Assembly: GCA_013540605.1 (NCBI GenBank)
Contig: JABVCK010000029.1
Span: 257,022 to 321,021, forward strand
Length of the DNA stretch: 64,000 nt
Direction of reading: 5' to 3'
DNA from: Bacillota bacterium
GTDB taxonomy: Bacteria; Bacillota; Clostridia; Ch29
The translations under genes and the position numbers were made by a program. Shown here in pieces: positions 1 through 9,291 of the stretch. Position 1 is the stretch's first letter; the number at the start of each line of letters is the position of its first letter. Under the pieces are notes generated by a model. It was not told where the DNA came from and did no database searches. It saw nothing but the letters and a program-made list of their open reading frames with translations.

Positions 1-732
1 GCAGGGATTGTATTTGTCGATGGTTTGAGAATAGACAAGGCGGGGACAAAGGTCGAAATCGGCAGCGAGATCACCGTTAAGGAAGACCCAATTCCCTATG
101 TGGGCAGGGGCGGCGTTAAGCTTGAAAAAGCCCTTAAGCATTTCGGGATGAATGTTAGAGGGAAAAAAGCCCTCGACATCGGAGCGTCTACCGGAGGGTT
201 TACCGATTGCCTGCTGCAGAATGGAGCAGAAAGGGTCTATGCAATCGATGTAGGCTACGGGCAGCTTGACTGGAAGCTCCGCCAGGACCCTAGGGTTGTG
301 GTCATGGAACGTACAAACATCAGATATGTCAAACCGGAAGACATAGGGGAAACGTGTGACATTGCGGTGATTGACGTAGCATTTATCTCTCTGAAGCTGG
401 TTCTTCCGGTGGTGAAAAGCCTGCTTCACGAAGACTGCGAAGTAATCGCTCTCATAAAACCACAGTTTGAAGCAGGGCGGGATAAGGTAGGTAAGAAAGG
501 CATAGTGAAGGACCCGCACGTGCATCTGGAAGTTGTGGAGAGTATTGCCGGCTTTATGCAGGATTTAGGGCTGCGGGTTATGGGGCTGACGTATTCGCCG
601 ATAACGGGCTCGGATGGGAACATCGAATACCTGATATACGGCGCGGGCAAGGGCTACGAAAACCGACCGGGACAGGAGCCGGAAATAGATATAAACCGTG
701 TGGTAGAAGAATCCCACAGCGTCCATGGCTGA
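1..732 (+). CDS. tlyA: TlyA-family rRNA methyltransferase/hemolysin A (5'-partial, starts before the window)
   Basis: YVGRGGVKLEKAL, LDIGASTGGFTD and LIKPQFEAG motifs; frame is open from base 1. Confidence 0.95.
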   Translation, partial: AGIVFVDGLRIDKAGTKVEIGSEITVKEDPIPYVGRGGVKLEKALKHFGMNVRGKKALDIGASTGGFTDCLLQNGAERVYAIDVGYGQLDWKLRQDPRVVVMERTNIRYVKPEDIGETCDIAVIDVAFISLKLVLPVVKSLLHEDCEVIALIKPQFEAGRDKVGKKGIVKDPHVHLEVVESIAGFMQDLGLRVMGLTYSPITGSDGNIEYLIYGAGKGYENRPGQEPEIDINRVVEESHSVHG

Positions 733-794
733 AAATGAAGGGAAAACCGTTTTTTTGTAGAATAGTAATGCTGTACGGGAGGGATTCGTGAATT

Positions 795-1685
795 ATGAAT
801 GAAAACAAGATAAAATTCGACAAAATCGGAATAATCCCAAACCTGCACAAGCCTAAAAGCCTGGAAATCGCTTTTCAGCTTATCAGTTGGCTGGAAACAA
901 AGGGGGTTACGGTACTCCTAAATGAGATCACCGCCAACGAGGTACAAAGGCCCGATCTGGCAACAAGGCCTTCCGATATATATAAAAGTTCAGATTTTAT
1001 TATAGTATTGGGCGGGGATGGCACGCTGCTGTCGGTTGCCCGACAGGTCACCTGGTACGAGACGCCGATACTGGGGGTAAACGTGGGGCATCTGGGGTTT
1101 CTTACCGAACTGGAGCTGGAAAATATATACGAAGGCATCGAAAAAATCTACAGGGGCGAGTACAGGGTCGACAAAAGGATGATGCTTGAAGCCGTTGCAG
1201 TTAAGAATAATATGATAACCGAGAGCTTTTCCGCCCTGAACGATGTTGTTATAACCAAGGGCTCCTTTTCGAGGATAGTTCAGCTCAAGACCTTTGTTAA
1301 TAATAGGTATATTGAAACATATCCCGCTGATGGCCTTATAATATCAAGCCCTACGGGTTCAACAGCCTATTCGCTGTCTGCCGGCGGACCCATCCTGAGC
1401 CCCGATGTAAGCGGAATGGTGATTACCCCCATCAGCCCGCACACACTGAACTCAAGGTCCATAGTAATTTCGGATAAGGAAGAGGTCAAGGTAGAGATAG
1501 TAGGGGACCAGAACGACGTTATGTTAACAATAGACGGCCAGCAGGGATACAAGCTTAAGACCGGGGATATTATTATAGTCAGAAAGGCAGAGTTCTCTGC
1601 CAATATGATAAGGCTGACAGACAGAAATTTCTATGATGTTCTCAGGACCAAACTGAACGAGAGAGGATGCAGGAAAGAAGAATAA
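795..1685 (+). CDS. ppnK: NAD(+) kinase
   Basis: GGDGT, GHLGFL, LND and SPTGSTAYSLSAGGP motifs. Confidence 0.96.
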   Translation: MNENKIKFDKIGIIPNLHKPKSLEIAFQLISWLETKGVTVLLNEITANEVQRPDLATRPSDIYKSSDFIIVLGGDGTLLSVARQVTWYETPILGVNVGHLGFLTELELENIYEGIEKIYRGEYRVDKRMMLEAVAVKNNMITESFSALNDVVITKGSFSRIVQLKTFVNNRYIETYPADGLIISSPTGSTAYSLSAGGPILSPDVSGMVITPISPHTLNSRSIVISDKEEVKVEIVGDQNDVMLTIDGQQGYKLKTGDIIIVRKAEFSANMIRLTDRNFYDVLRTKLNERGCRKEE

Positions 1686-1703
1686 AAATTGGGAGGTAGG
1701 TAA

Positions 1704-2153
1704 ATGAAAGTTGCCCGGCACGCCAAAATCCTTGAATTGATCGAAAACAAAGAAATTGAAACCCAGGAGGAGCTAGCGGAAGAGCTTAAAAAAAGCGGTT
1801 TCAACATTACCCAGGCCACAGTTTCCAGGGATATCAAGGAGTTGCGATTAATCAAGACGCTGAGCGAAACAGGCAAGTATAAGTACACTACTATAAAACC
1901 CCAGGACAGTGAACTTGTCGACCGGCATGTGAAGGTTTTCGCCGATTCAGTATTGTCAATCGATTACGCATCAAATATAGTTGTGATGAAAACCATCCCC
2001 GGTGCTGCACAGGGAGCGGCTGCTGCGATTGATACACTGGATTTGAGCGAGGTGGTCGGCAGCATTGCCGGTGACGATACGATTTTTGTTGTGGTAAGGG
2101 ATCATCAAAGAGCTGTGGAAATTGTGAACAAATTCAAGAAGCTGATAGAATAG
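1704..2153 (+). CDS. argR: Arginine repressor
   Basis: TQATVSRDIKEL and GSIAGDDTIFV motifs; GGAGG RBS. Confidence 0.96.
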   Translation: MKVARHAKILELIENKEIETQEELAEELKKSGFNITQATVSRDIKELRLIKTLSETGKYKYTTIKPQDSELVDRHVKVFADSVLSIDYASNIVVMKTIPGAAQGAAAAIDTLDLSEVVGSIAGDDTIFVVVRDHQRAVEIVNKFKKLIE

Positions 2154-2170
2154 ATTGGGGGTCAACCTTT

Positions 2171-3868
2171 ATGTTGTTGGAACTCAACATTTCCAACTTC
2201 GCGCTGATAGATAATATAAAGGTATCCTTGGAAGAGGGGCTGAACGTCCTGACCGGCGAAACAGGGGCGGGAAAATCCATTATTATTGATGCTGTGAATA
2301 TCGTACTCGGAGAAAGGGCTGACACCGAAATAATACGGACGGGGGCAGAAAGGGCCATGGTAGAAGCCCTATTTGATTATTCGGGTGTAGATGTCATAGA
2401 GGAAATGTTAAGGGAAACCGGAATAGAGCCCGAGCCCGACAGAACACTGGTTTTGAGCAGGGAAATAAAGAGCGGCCGGAGCATAAGCAGGGTTAACGGG
2501 AGGGCTGTTCCTTTGTCCGCCGTCCGGGAGATAAGCAAGCACCTGATCGACCTTCATGGCCAGCACCAGCACCAGTCGCTGCTGGATACCTACAACCATC
2601 TGGATATACTTGACCGGTTCGGCGGGGAAGACCTGCTGAACCTCCGGGCAAAGGTGGAGAGCCTTTACAGCGAGTGGGAGAAGGCTAAGCGTATGCTTGA
2701 GGAGATTTTGAGGAGCGAAAGGGAGAGGCAGAGGGATATAGATATGTATTCGTTTCAAGTCGAGGAGATAGACGCGGCAGCGCTAAGGCCTGGCGAGGAC
2801 GGGGAACTGTCCAGGAAAAGAGAGGTCATGATAAACGCTGAGAAGATATACCAGTCTCTGGCGCAGTGTTACCAACTGCTGTGCCGGAACGATGATATGG
2901 GTATTGCGGTGGTGGACGGACTGAACCAGGCGGGTTCACTGTTAAGCCCTTTCGTACAGATGGATGCTTCCATTGAGGAGTTTTACAGGAGCGTAAGCTC
3001 AGCCTACTATTCGTTAAAGGAAACCTCCCGCGACATCAGGAACTACCTGGAAACGGTGGAGTTTGATCAGCAGGAACTGAACAGGCTGGAAGAAAGGCTT
3101 GACCTGATCAACAAGCTGAAGAGGAAGTACGGAAGTACCATTGAGGAGGTCCTTGAGTACAGGAAACAGAAGGGCAAGGAACTGGACAGGCTGCTGAACA
3201 GCGAGCAGGAAGCGGAAATGACCAGGGAGAGAATCGAAGCGCTGGAGAAAGAGCTTAGCATAATATGTGAAGGTTTGACAAAGCTGCGGGAAGAAACATC
3301 ACAGAGGCTGTCGGAAAGGGTTTCAAAATATATAAGGAAGCTGGGAATGGAAAACGGTGTGTTCAGCGTCAGGATGGATAGCACCAAAGAATTCACATCC
3401 AAGGGTAAAGATGATGTGGAGTTCTTATTCAGCGCAAACCTCGGGGAACCCCTCAAACCCCTGAGCAAAATAGTGTCGGGCGGAGAAATGTCGAGGATAA
3501 TGCTTGCCATAAAGACAGGCCTTGCGGATACCGACAGCATACCCACGCTGATTTTTGATGAGATAGACGTTGGAATAAGCGGGAGGGCGGCCCAGGTGGT
3601 TGCCCAGCAGCTGGCGGAAGTATCGCGAAAGCACCAGGTGGTTTGCGTTACACATCTGCCCCAGATAGCGTCCATGGCCGACAACCATTTTTTGATAAAA
3701 AAAGAGGAAAAAGATGGACATACATACACCAGGCTGAAGGTTCTGGACAGAGATGCCAGGATACAGGAACTGGCAAGATTGCTGGGAGGTGCGCAGGTTA
3801 CCGATATTACCAAACAGCATGCCGGAGAAATGCTTAATATGGCCGAGAATTTAAAAAAAAAGCACTAG
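2171..3868 (+). CDS. recN: DNA repair protein RecN
   Basis: TGETGAGKS Walker A, SGGEMSR, IFDEIDVGISG, VTHLPQIA. Confidence 0.97.
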   Translation: MLLELNISNFALIDNIKVSLEEGLNVLTGETGAGKSIIIDAVNIVLGERADTEIIRTGAERAMVEALFDYSGVDVIEEMLRETGIEPEPDRTLVLSREIKSGRSISRVNGRAVPLSAVREISKHLIDLHGQHQHQSLLDTYNHLDILDRFGGEDLLNLRAKVESLYSEWEKAKRMLEEILRSERERQRDIDMYSFQVEEIDAAALRPGEDGELSRKREVMINAEKIYQSLAQCYQLLCRNDDMGIAVVDGLNQAGSLLSPFVQMDASIEEFYRSVSSAYYSLKETSRDIRNYLETVEFDQQELNRLEERLDLINKLKRKYGSTIEEVLEYRKQKGKELDRLLNSEQEAEMTRERIEALEKELSIICEGLTKLREETSQRLSERVSKYIRKLGMENGVFSVRMDSTKEFTSKGKDDVEFLFSANLGEPLKPLSKIVSGGEMSRIMLAIKTGLADTDSIPTLIFDEIDVGISGRAAQVVAQQLAEVSRKHQVVCVTHLPQIASMADNHFLIKKEEKDGHTYTRLKVLDRDARIQELARLLGGAQVTDITKQHAGEMLNMAENLKKKH

Positions 3869-3917
3869 ATAGTGCTTTTTTATTTGAAAAAATGGCTAAA
3901 TACACAGTATTTTTATA

Positions 3918-3947
3918 GCATAAATAGGTTTTTAAAAGGTTAACTTA
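3918..3947 (+). promoter_or_regulatory. Putative sigma-F/G promoter of spoIVB
   Basis: GCATA-15 nt-GGTTAACTTA fits the forespore sigma consensus. Confidence 0.6.
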
Positions 3948-4020
3948 AAAATAAGAAATCATCATTTCAATTTGGAGGTGGAATTGAAAAAGGCTCTTGG
4001 GCTTGGGAGCGTGATACAGA

Positions 4021-5346
4021 TTGCGGAAATGGCGTAGAGCAGTGCTGATAGCCCTTTTTCTTGCAGTGGCTGTAGCTTCTGCAACTGTTCTGTATGATAT
4101 ATATAGTTTTATTTCCATGCCCCAGGAATATCTGATAGTAGAAGGCGAAGAACAGACATTGGACTTTAAACTCCCACTGAAGATCCATGCTGTCAGCCAA
4201 GAAGGGACAATAAAACTAAACGGGCTTGACATTACGGGCGGCGGCATAGGCTTCATAAGCAGCAAACCCCTGACGATCCAGACCTCAGCTAAAGGCAGTG
4301 CCGTCATAGAGTTTAAACTGTTCGGCTTGATACCCATCAAGAGGATGACGGTGTCCGTCGTTCCGCCGGTTAAAGTAATTCCCGGAGGACAGTCTATAGG
4401 TGTAAAGCTTTATACCCAGGGCGTGCTCGTAGTTGCAGTTGCAGAAGTCACGGGTATCGATGGCAGAGCCTATAACCCCGCTGTTCAGGCCGGAATCGCT
4501 GTAGGAGATTCAATAATTGAGATAAATGGAATAAAGGTAAGGGACGCGGAACACGTTATAAGAATTCTGGAAAACAGCAAGGGAGAAGAAATACCTTTGG
4601 TGATTAAACGGGGCAAACAGACTCTCAACAAGACCATAAAGCCCGTGAAAAGCCATGAGGATGGCAAATACCGTATAGGAGCCTGGGTAAGAGATAAGAC
4701 GGCAGGAGTTGGAACCCTCAGCTTTTTTTGCCCTGAGACCGGGAACTTTGGCGCCCTTGGGCATGCAATAACGGATGTGGACACAGGGCTGATGCTTTCG
4801 GTCGAAGAAGGGGAAATCCTCGAGTCCCGGGTAGCATCTATTCAAAAGGGAGAAAAAAGCAGGCCTGGAGAGATTAGAGGGATTTTTTTTGAAGAGCAGA
4901 ATAAGCTGGGAGTTATCGAAAAGAATACGGAATTCGGCATATACGGGGTGATGAGCAAAATCATTGAAAACCCGTACTATCCTGAACCGATACCGGTTGC
5001 AATGCACCAGCAGGTCAAGGAAGGTTCCGCCCATATCCTGACAACCGTAGATGAAAATGTAGAGATGTATGAGGTCGAGATACAGAGAATAGCACGACAG
5101 TCCTATCCGGAACCGAAGAGCCTAATCATTAAGGTAACGGATAAACGGCTGCTTGAAAAGACAGGCGGTATAGTGCAGGGCATGAGTGGAAGTCCGATCA
5201 TACAAGATGGCAAGCTTGTTGGAATGGTGACTCATGTCTTTGTAAATGACCCCACCCGTGGATACGGGATTTTTGCTGAATGGATGATTTACAATTCCAA
5301 CCTAAATCAAAACGGTGACGCTACCGAGGTTGATAAAGCTGAATAG
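4021..5346 (+). CDS. spoIVB: SpoIVB serine peptidase (PDZ + S55)
   Basis: PGGQSIGVKL, WVRDKTAGVGTL, ALGHAITD, TGGIVQGMSGSP; located between recN and spo0A. Confidence 0.96.
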   Translation: MRKWRRAVLIALFLAVAVASATVLYDIYSFISMPQEYLIVEGEEQTLDFKLPLKIHAVSQEGTIKLNGLDITGGGIGFISSKPLTIQTSAKGSAVIEFKLFGLIPIKRMTVSVVPPVKVIPGGQSIGVKLYTQGVLVVAVAEVTGIDGRAYNPAVQAGIAVGDSIIEINGIKVRDAEHVIRILENSKGEEIPLVIKRGKQTLNKTIKPVKSHEDGKYRIGAWVRDKTAGVGTLSFFCPETGNFGALGHAITDVDTGLMLSVEEGEILESRVASIQKGEKSRPGEIRGIFFEEQNKLGVIEKNTEFGIYGVMSKIIENPYYPEPIPVAMHQQVKEGSAHILTTVDENVEMYEVEIQRIARQSYPEPKSLIIKVTDKRLLEKTGGIVQGMSGSPIIQDGKLVGMVTHVFVNDPTRGYGIFAEWMIYNSNLNQNGDATEVDKAE

Positions 5347-5370
5347 GAGCCTTAAAGGCCCCTATTCAGC
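5338..5370 (+). terminator. Hairpin after spoIVB
   Basis: GCTGAATAGGAGCC / GGCCCCTATTCAGC inverted repeat. Confidence 0.6.
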
Positions 5371-5444
5371 CTATTAATTTGCAGAAAAATATTATTGCAT
5401 AATGAGGAAATCACAGTCAAATTAGATAAATTTGGTATTATAGA

Positions 5445-5469
5445 AGGAATCGATTTTCCTTTGTCGAAT
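5445..5469 (+). promoter_or_regulatory. Putative sigma-H promoter of spo0A with an overlapping Spo0A box
   Basis: AGGA-17 nt-GAAT; 0A box TGTCGAA at 5462-5468. Confidence 0.7.
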
Positions 5470-5512
5470 TACTAAGTTGTCAACCAAAAATATAAGAAAA
5501 GGAGGGCTCCTT

Positions 5513-6307
5513 TTGGCTGAAAAAAAGATAAAAATATTAATAGCCGATGATAACAAAGAATTCTGTGAGATTGTTGGGGACTACCTATCCAGGGAAAACG
5601 ATATTGACCTGGTAGGAACTGCAAATGACGGGTTTGAAGCGTTGGAACTGATTAAAGAAACAAACCCCGATGTAGTGGTGCTTGACATTATCATGCCGCA
5701 CCTGGATGGTTTGGGTGTTTTGGAGAAGCTTAATACACTGGAGATTGAAAAAATGCCTAACATTGTTGTTTTATCGGCGGTAGGACAGGACAAGATTACT
5801 CAGAGGGCGCTGGCGCTGGGTGCGGATTATTACATAGTAAAACCCTTTGACATGCAGATCTTCATCAAGAGAATCCGTCAGATGATGGACAACAATATAA
5901 TACAGGTGGAAAAGAGAAGAAAGAATCAGCCTGAAAACTTCTTCACCGAAGGGCAAAGCCTGGACGTAGAGATAACAAACATAATTCACGAGATAGGCGT
6001 GCCCGCCCATATTAAAGGATACCTGTACCTGCGTGAGGCGATAAAAACCGTGGTGAACGATATAGAACTGCTGAGCGCGGTAACCAAGGAACTGTATCCC
6101 AGCATAGCAAAGAAGTACAATACCACGGCGAGTAGGGTTGAAAGGGCAATAAGGCATGCAATAGAGGTTGCGTGGAGCAGAGGCAAGGTAGATACAATCA
6201 ACAGCCTGTTCGGGTACACCATTCACAACGACAAAGGGAAGCCCACCAACTCTGAATTTATAGCGATGGTTGCCGACAAGATAAGGCTTAAGCAGAGGAT
6301 TGGCTAA
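5513..6307 (+). CDS. spo0A: Sporulation master regulator Spo0A
   Basis: Receiver domain plus [43 protein letters not shown] start after GGAGG. Confidence 0.98.
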   Translation: MAEKKIKILIADDNKEFCEIVGDYLSRENDIDLVGTANDGFEALELIKETNPDVVVLDIIMPHLDGLGVLEKLNTLEIEKMPNIVVLSAVGQDKITQRALALGADYYIVKPFDMQIFIKRIRQMMDNNIIQVEKRRKNQPENFFTEGQSLDVEITNIIHEIGVPAHIKGYLYLREAIKTVVNDIELLSAVTKELYPSIAKKYNTTASRVERAIRHAIEVAWSRGKVDTINSLFGYTIHNDKGKPTNSEFIAMVADKIRLKQRIG

Positions 6308-6323
6308 AAAAAAAGAGAAATGC

Positions 6324-6362
6324 ACCCCGTTATACACGTGAAAACCTGTAGCGGGGTTTTTT
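6324..6362 (+). terminator. Intrinsic terminator after spo0A
   Basis: ACCCCGTTATACA...TGTAGCGGGGT stem followed by a T run. Confidence 0.65.
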
Positions 6363-6444
6363 GTTTGATTGGGCGCGATTAATACTCAAACGGTGAATAT
6401 TAGCAGGCTAGTAGATGATATATTGGCATTAAACTGGTTTAATT

Positions 6445-7239
6445 TCAATGGAGTGAGGGATTGCCTGTGGTTGGTAAAATACCAACAGTTCCGAAGAATA
6501 CCGTTCGGAAGCTGTTGGTATTTTTATACTGTCTAACGGTTGCTTTCGGGATTTTTGTCTTGTAACAATTTTTCATATTTTCGTAATACCGGATGATAAG
6601 CTTTCCTTGTCTAAGTTGGTCAGGATATTTTGATAAAACAGATTCTAATAAATCCTCTAGGCGGTTCTGACAGTGTGTATTGCCTGGGTCCAAGTAAAGA
6701 GCAATGGCTTCGGAATATTGCCCGGCAAAGGCAGCAGATATTTGATAACCGGTTTTGCCTCTTTTTCTGGGGAAGTATCCTTTATCGGCAAACTCATAGG
6801 TCTTACCACCTGCTATTAGGCCAGACATATCAACATCAACGATGACATCATTATGAGAAGCAGTAGAAAGACTATGTTTGCCAAATAGCTCATTATGAAT
6901 ACTCTGAAGCTGCTTTATGTTTTCCTCACCGGTACGGGTGAGCAGGGTATTAATCTGGGACTGGTCTGGGAAGCGTTCCATACCGAGTAGGTTTGCAGCC
7001 AACTTCTCAGGACCTAATACCTCATTAATGTCTTTGGTAGACTCACAGCCCATGGCTATAGAAGCTATGATAGTAAGTAACTTTTGGTAAACGTAGTATC
7101 TGACTTCCTTCATCTTGAGGCTGAAAGCCTTAAATGGTGCGAAAAAATTAATATCAAGACCAAACTGCAGCACAGATGCCAGCCATGCAGAAGTAGTTTC
7201 CTGGTTGCAATCACTATTTGAAACTGTTATCCTATCCAT
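6445..7239 (-). pseudogene. C-terminally truncated IS1380-like DDE transposase
   Basis: FPDQSQINTLL, IVDVDMS and GYFPRKRGKTGY motifs; similarity stops at LIIR (~6588), before the expected (A)DSG motif, and the frame reads on into unrelated sequence. Confidence 0.75.
6477..6525. terminator. Long hairpin, probably a bidirectional terminator
   Basis: AAAATACCAACAG-TTCCGAA / TTCGGAAGCTGTTGGTATTTT. Confidence 0.55.
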
Positions 7240-7379
7240 AGGGTAATACCACCTTTCGATTAGTGTTTTGATGAATTATTACTTCGATAGGCTCGGGTAT
7301 TGCCCTCTTTGTATTTGTTGGGGTATTTACCATGGATTATATATCCAATTAATCTTTATTTGTTTGTACTAAATCTAGG
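6588..7379 (-). mobile_element. Truncated IS1380-family (ISEcp1-like) insertion sequence remnant
   Basis: Minus-strand end CCTAGATTTAGTAC at 7379 resembles ISEcp1-type CCTAGATT termini; transposase start at 7239; no partner terminus seen. Confidence 0.65.
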
Positions 7380-8039
7380 TAACTATAATGATTATTTTAC
7401 TCAAGAGGCAAAGAAAAGAAACAGCCGGATATTTATTGCAGATGAAAAAGAAATCCCGGATGGTTATCTGGAAAAGTTTAGATATATTGTTTTCCCGGAA
7501 AATATTGCTATTGCACTGGCTGCAGCTAAAGCGCTAAACATTGACAAGGATACTGCGTTGAGGGGAATGTTAAACGCTGACCCTGATCCGGGCGCCTTAA
7601 TGATATATCCATTAGATAACGAAAGCCCAACATATTTTGTCAATGGTTTTGCCGCCAATGTTCCAAACTCAACACGAATGATCTGGGAGCATATAGCAGC
7701 CATCGGATATCCAACGGAAAACCCCATGGTAATTGTAAATTGCAGACCTGATAGGGTTGATAGGACATTACAGTTTGCAGAAGATGTCTTGCCAAATATG
7801 AATATTGATATTCTCGTTGCAATGGGTCAGACAGTGAAACCAATTACTGAAGGGGTAAATACTAAAAAATATCTCCACAGAAATACATAAATGCTGAAGG
7901 TTTGTCTCCACATGAGGTTTATAAAATAATTAAGGATTATTTTTTAAACAGAATAATTTTTGGCGTTGGAAACATTCACGGCGGCGGGGAAGAATTGGTC
8001 GAACTAATAATTACGGATAAAGTGCCGCAATTACTTTAG
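7380..8039 (+). pseudogene. pgsB: 3' half of poly-gamma-glutamate synthase PgsB/CapB, 5'-truncated by the IS and frameshifted at ~7868
   Basis: YIVFPENIAIALA, RGMLNADPDPGA, FVNGFAAN, NCRPDRVDRT; second frame gives NRIIFGVGNIHGGGE, stop TAG at 8037-8039. Confidence 0.9.
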
Positions 8040-8097
8040 AAATCTTAAATATGAAATAAAAGGGTTTCAGTAAATCTTATTGCGAGGGAGGTGTGAA

Positions 8098-8331
8098 ATG
8101 AATACTTTATACGGGCTAATACAGAACAGACAAGACATGAACACATCGGGAACTATCAGAAAAAACAGTCAGAATGAAGCTCTTGCGGTTTTTAATGCTT
8201 TAACGTTGAAAGAAAAATGCCTGTATCTTATTAAGATCAGCAAGAGGAATACCAGCGATCAAGCGCTTGTGCTGATGGGATTAGCTCTATCGATTATTGC
8301 TGTGAATTATCTGTTTTCTGTCATTATTTAA
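8098..8331 (+). CDS. Small membrane protein resembling the N-terminal anchor of PgsA/CapA
   Basis: GGGAGG RBS; LTLKEKCLYLIKISKRNT followed by one hydrophobic helix. Confidence 0.55.
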   Translation: MNTLYGLIQNRQDMNTSGTIRKNSQNEALAVFNALTLKEKCLYLIKISKRNTSDQALVLMGLALSIIAVNYLFSVII

Positions 8332-8349
8332 GAAAGGAGTGAGATAAGC

Positions 8350-9219
8350 ATGAAAAAAGAATTTATCAAAATTCTAGCTTTAGTTGTAGTGTTTACATTT
8401 GGTATTGGTATAAGCACATATGCCTTCACAACAGGTTATAGTAGTTTTGATGAACTATTTGCATCTGAAGATGGTGCAGATTATACAATTAAAACTGATA
8501 TCGGAAGCGATACAACAATTTTAGCTCTCCACGGAGGCGGTATTGAAAGAGGTACTTCGGAATTAGTTGAAGCATTGAGCGGGTACGGTGAATATAACAC
8601 TTACTTATTTGAAGGACTTAAAGAGACTAATAATTGGAGTCTTTTTTTAAGGGCCATCGATTTTGACGAACCAACAGCCGTCAGTTTAGTCCAAGATTCG
8701 GATTACACTCTTTCAGTTATCGGAGCTGCAGGCGATGACGAGGTTACTTATATCGGTGGTCAGAATAAGTTGCTGGCAGAACTGATCAGATTGCATCTTA
8801 TTACCAAAGGATATAAGGTAAAAACTTTAAGCCTTCCTGATCGCATTGCCGGGATTATGGACAGCAATATAGTGAATAAGAATAAATTGCTTAATGGCAG
8901 TTATCAGATCGGCGGCGTTCAGATAGCTATTTCCAAAGGTTTAAGAGATAAACTCGTAGCTGACTCCAGTATATTAAACGATTATTCAGACTCCATCCAT
9001 GAAGCGCTAAGCGAAAGCTGGCCAATAATAGTTTCCCACTTGCAGAAAATTACTAAATCCGGCGGGTCTAAATCTAATGGGGTTAACGGGTTTTTGAATA
9101 AGCTTAACCCTTCAAAGCCTAACTTCGATAAGAAGATAAATAAGATATTAGAAAAAGATGCAAAGACTCCCCAGGATTTACTTGAAAATGTTGAAGACGA
9201 TCTATTGACAGAAGAGTGA
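8350..9219 (+). CDS. Secreted poly-gamma-glutamate hydrolase (PghP/DUF867)-fold protein with degenerate active site
   Basis: Signal peptide; LHGGGIERGTSEL, FDEP, NIVNK, GVQIAISKGLR. Confidence 0.85.
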   Translation: MKKEFIKILALVVVFTFGIGISTYAFTTGYSSFDELFASEDGADYTIKTDIGSDTTILALHGGGIERGTSELVEALSGYGEYNTYLFEGLKETNNWSLFLRAIDFDEPTAVSLVQDSDYTLSVIGAAGDDEVTYIGGQNKLLAELIRLHLITKGYKVKTLSLPDRIAGIMDSNIVNKNKLLNGSYQIGGVQIAISKGLRDKLVADSSILNDYSDSIHEALSESWPIIVSHLQKITKSGGSKSNGVNGFLNKLNPSKPNFDKKINKILEKDAKTPQDLLENVEDDLLTEE

Positions 9220-9249
9220 CCTAAAAAAGTATTTGCTATAAATCCTATA

Positions 9250-9282
9250 AGGCTGGAGCTGCCAAAGGTAGCTTGCCAGCCT
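9250..9282. terminator. Bidirectional hairpin between the convergent pghP-like genes
   Basis: AGGCTGG-AGCTGCC / GGTAGCT-TG-CCAGCCT. Confidence 0.55.
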
Positions 9283-9291
9283 TTCGCTATA

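Noticed and set aside
3067..3813. 248-aa antisense ORF in recN, and other long antisense ORFs such as 38110-38772 and 42135-42737
   Set aside because: Ser/Leu/Phe-rich shadows of well-supported sense genes with no recognisable motifs.
7300..7379. N-terminus of the 196-aa ORF (MPSLYLL...)
   Set aside because: Derived from the IS terminus; PgsB similarity starts only at ~7380.
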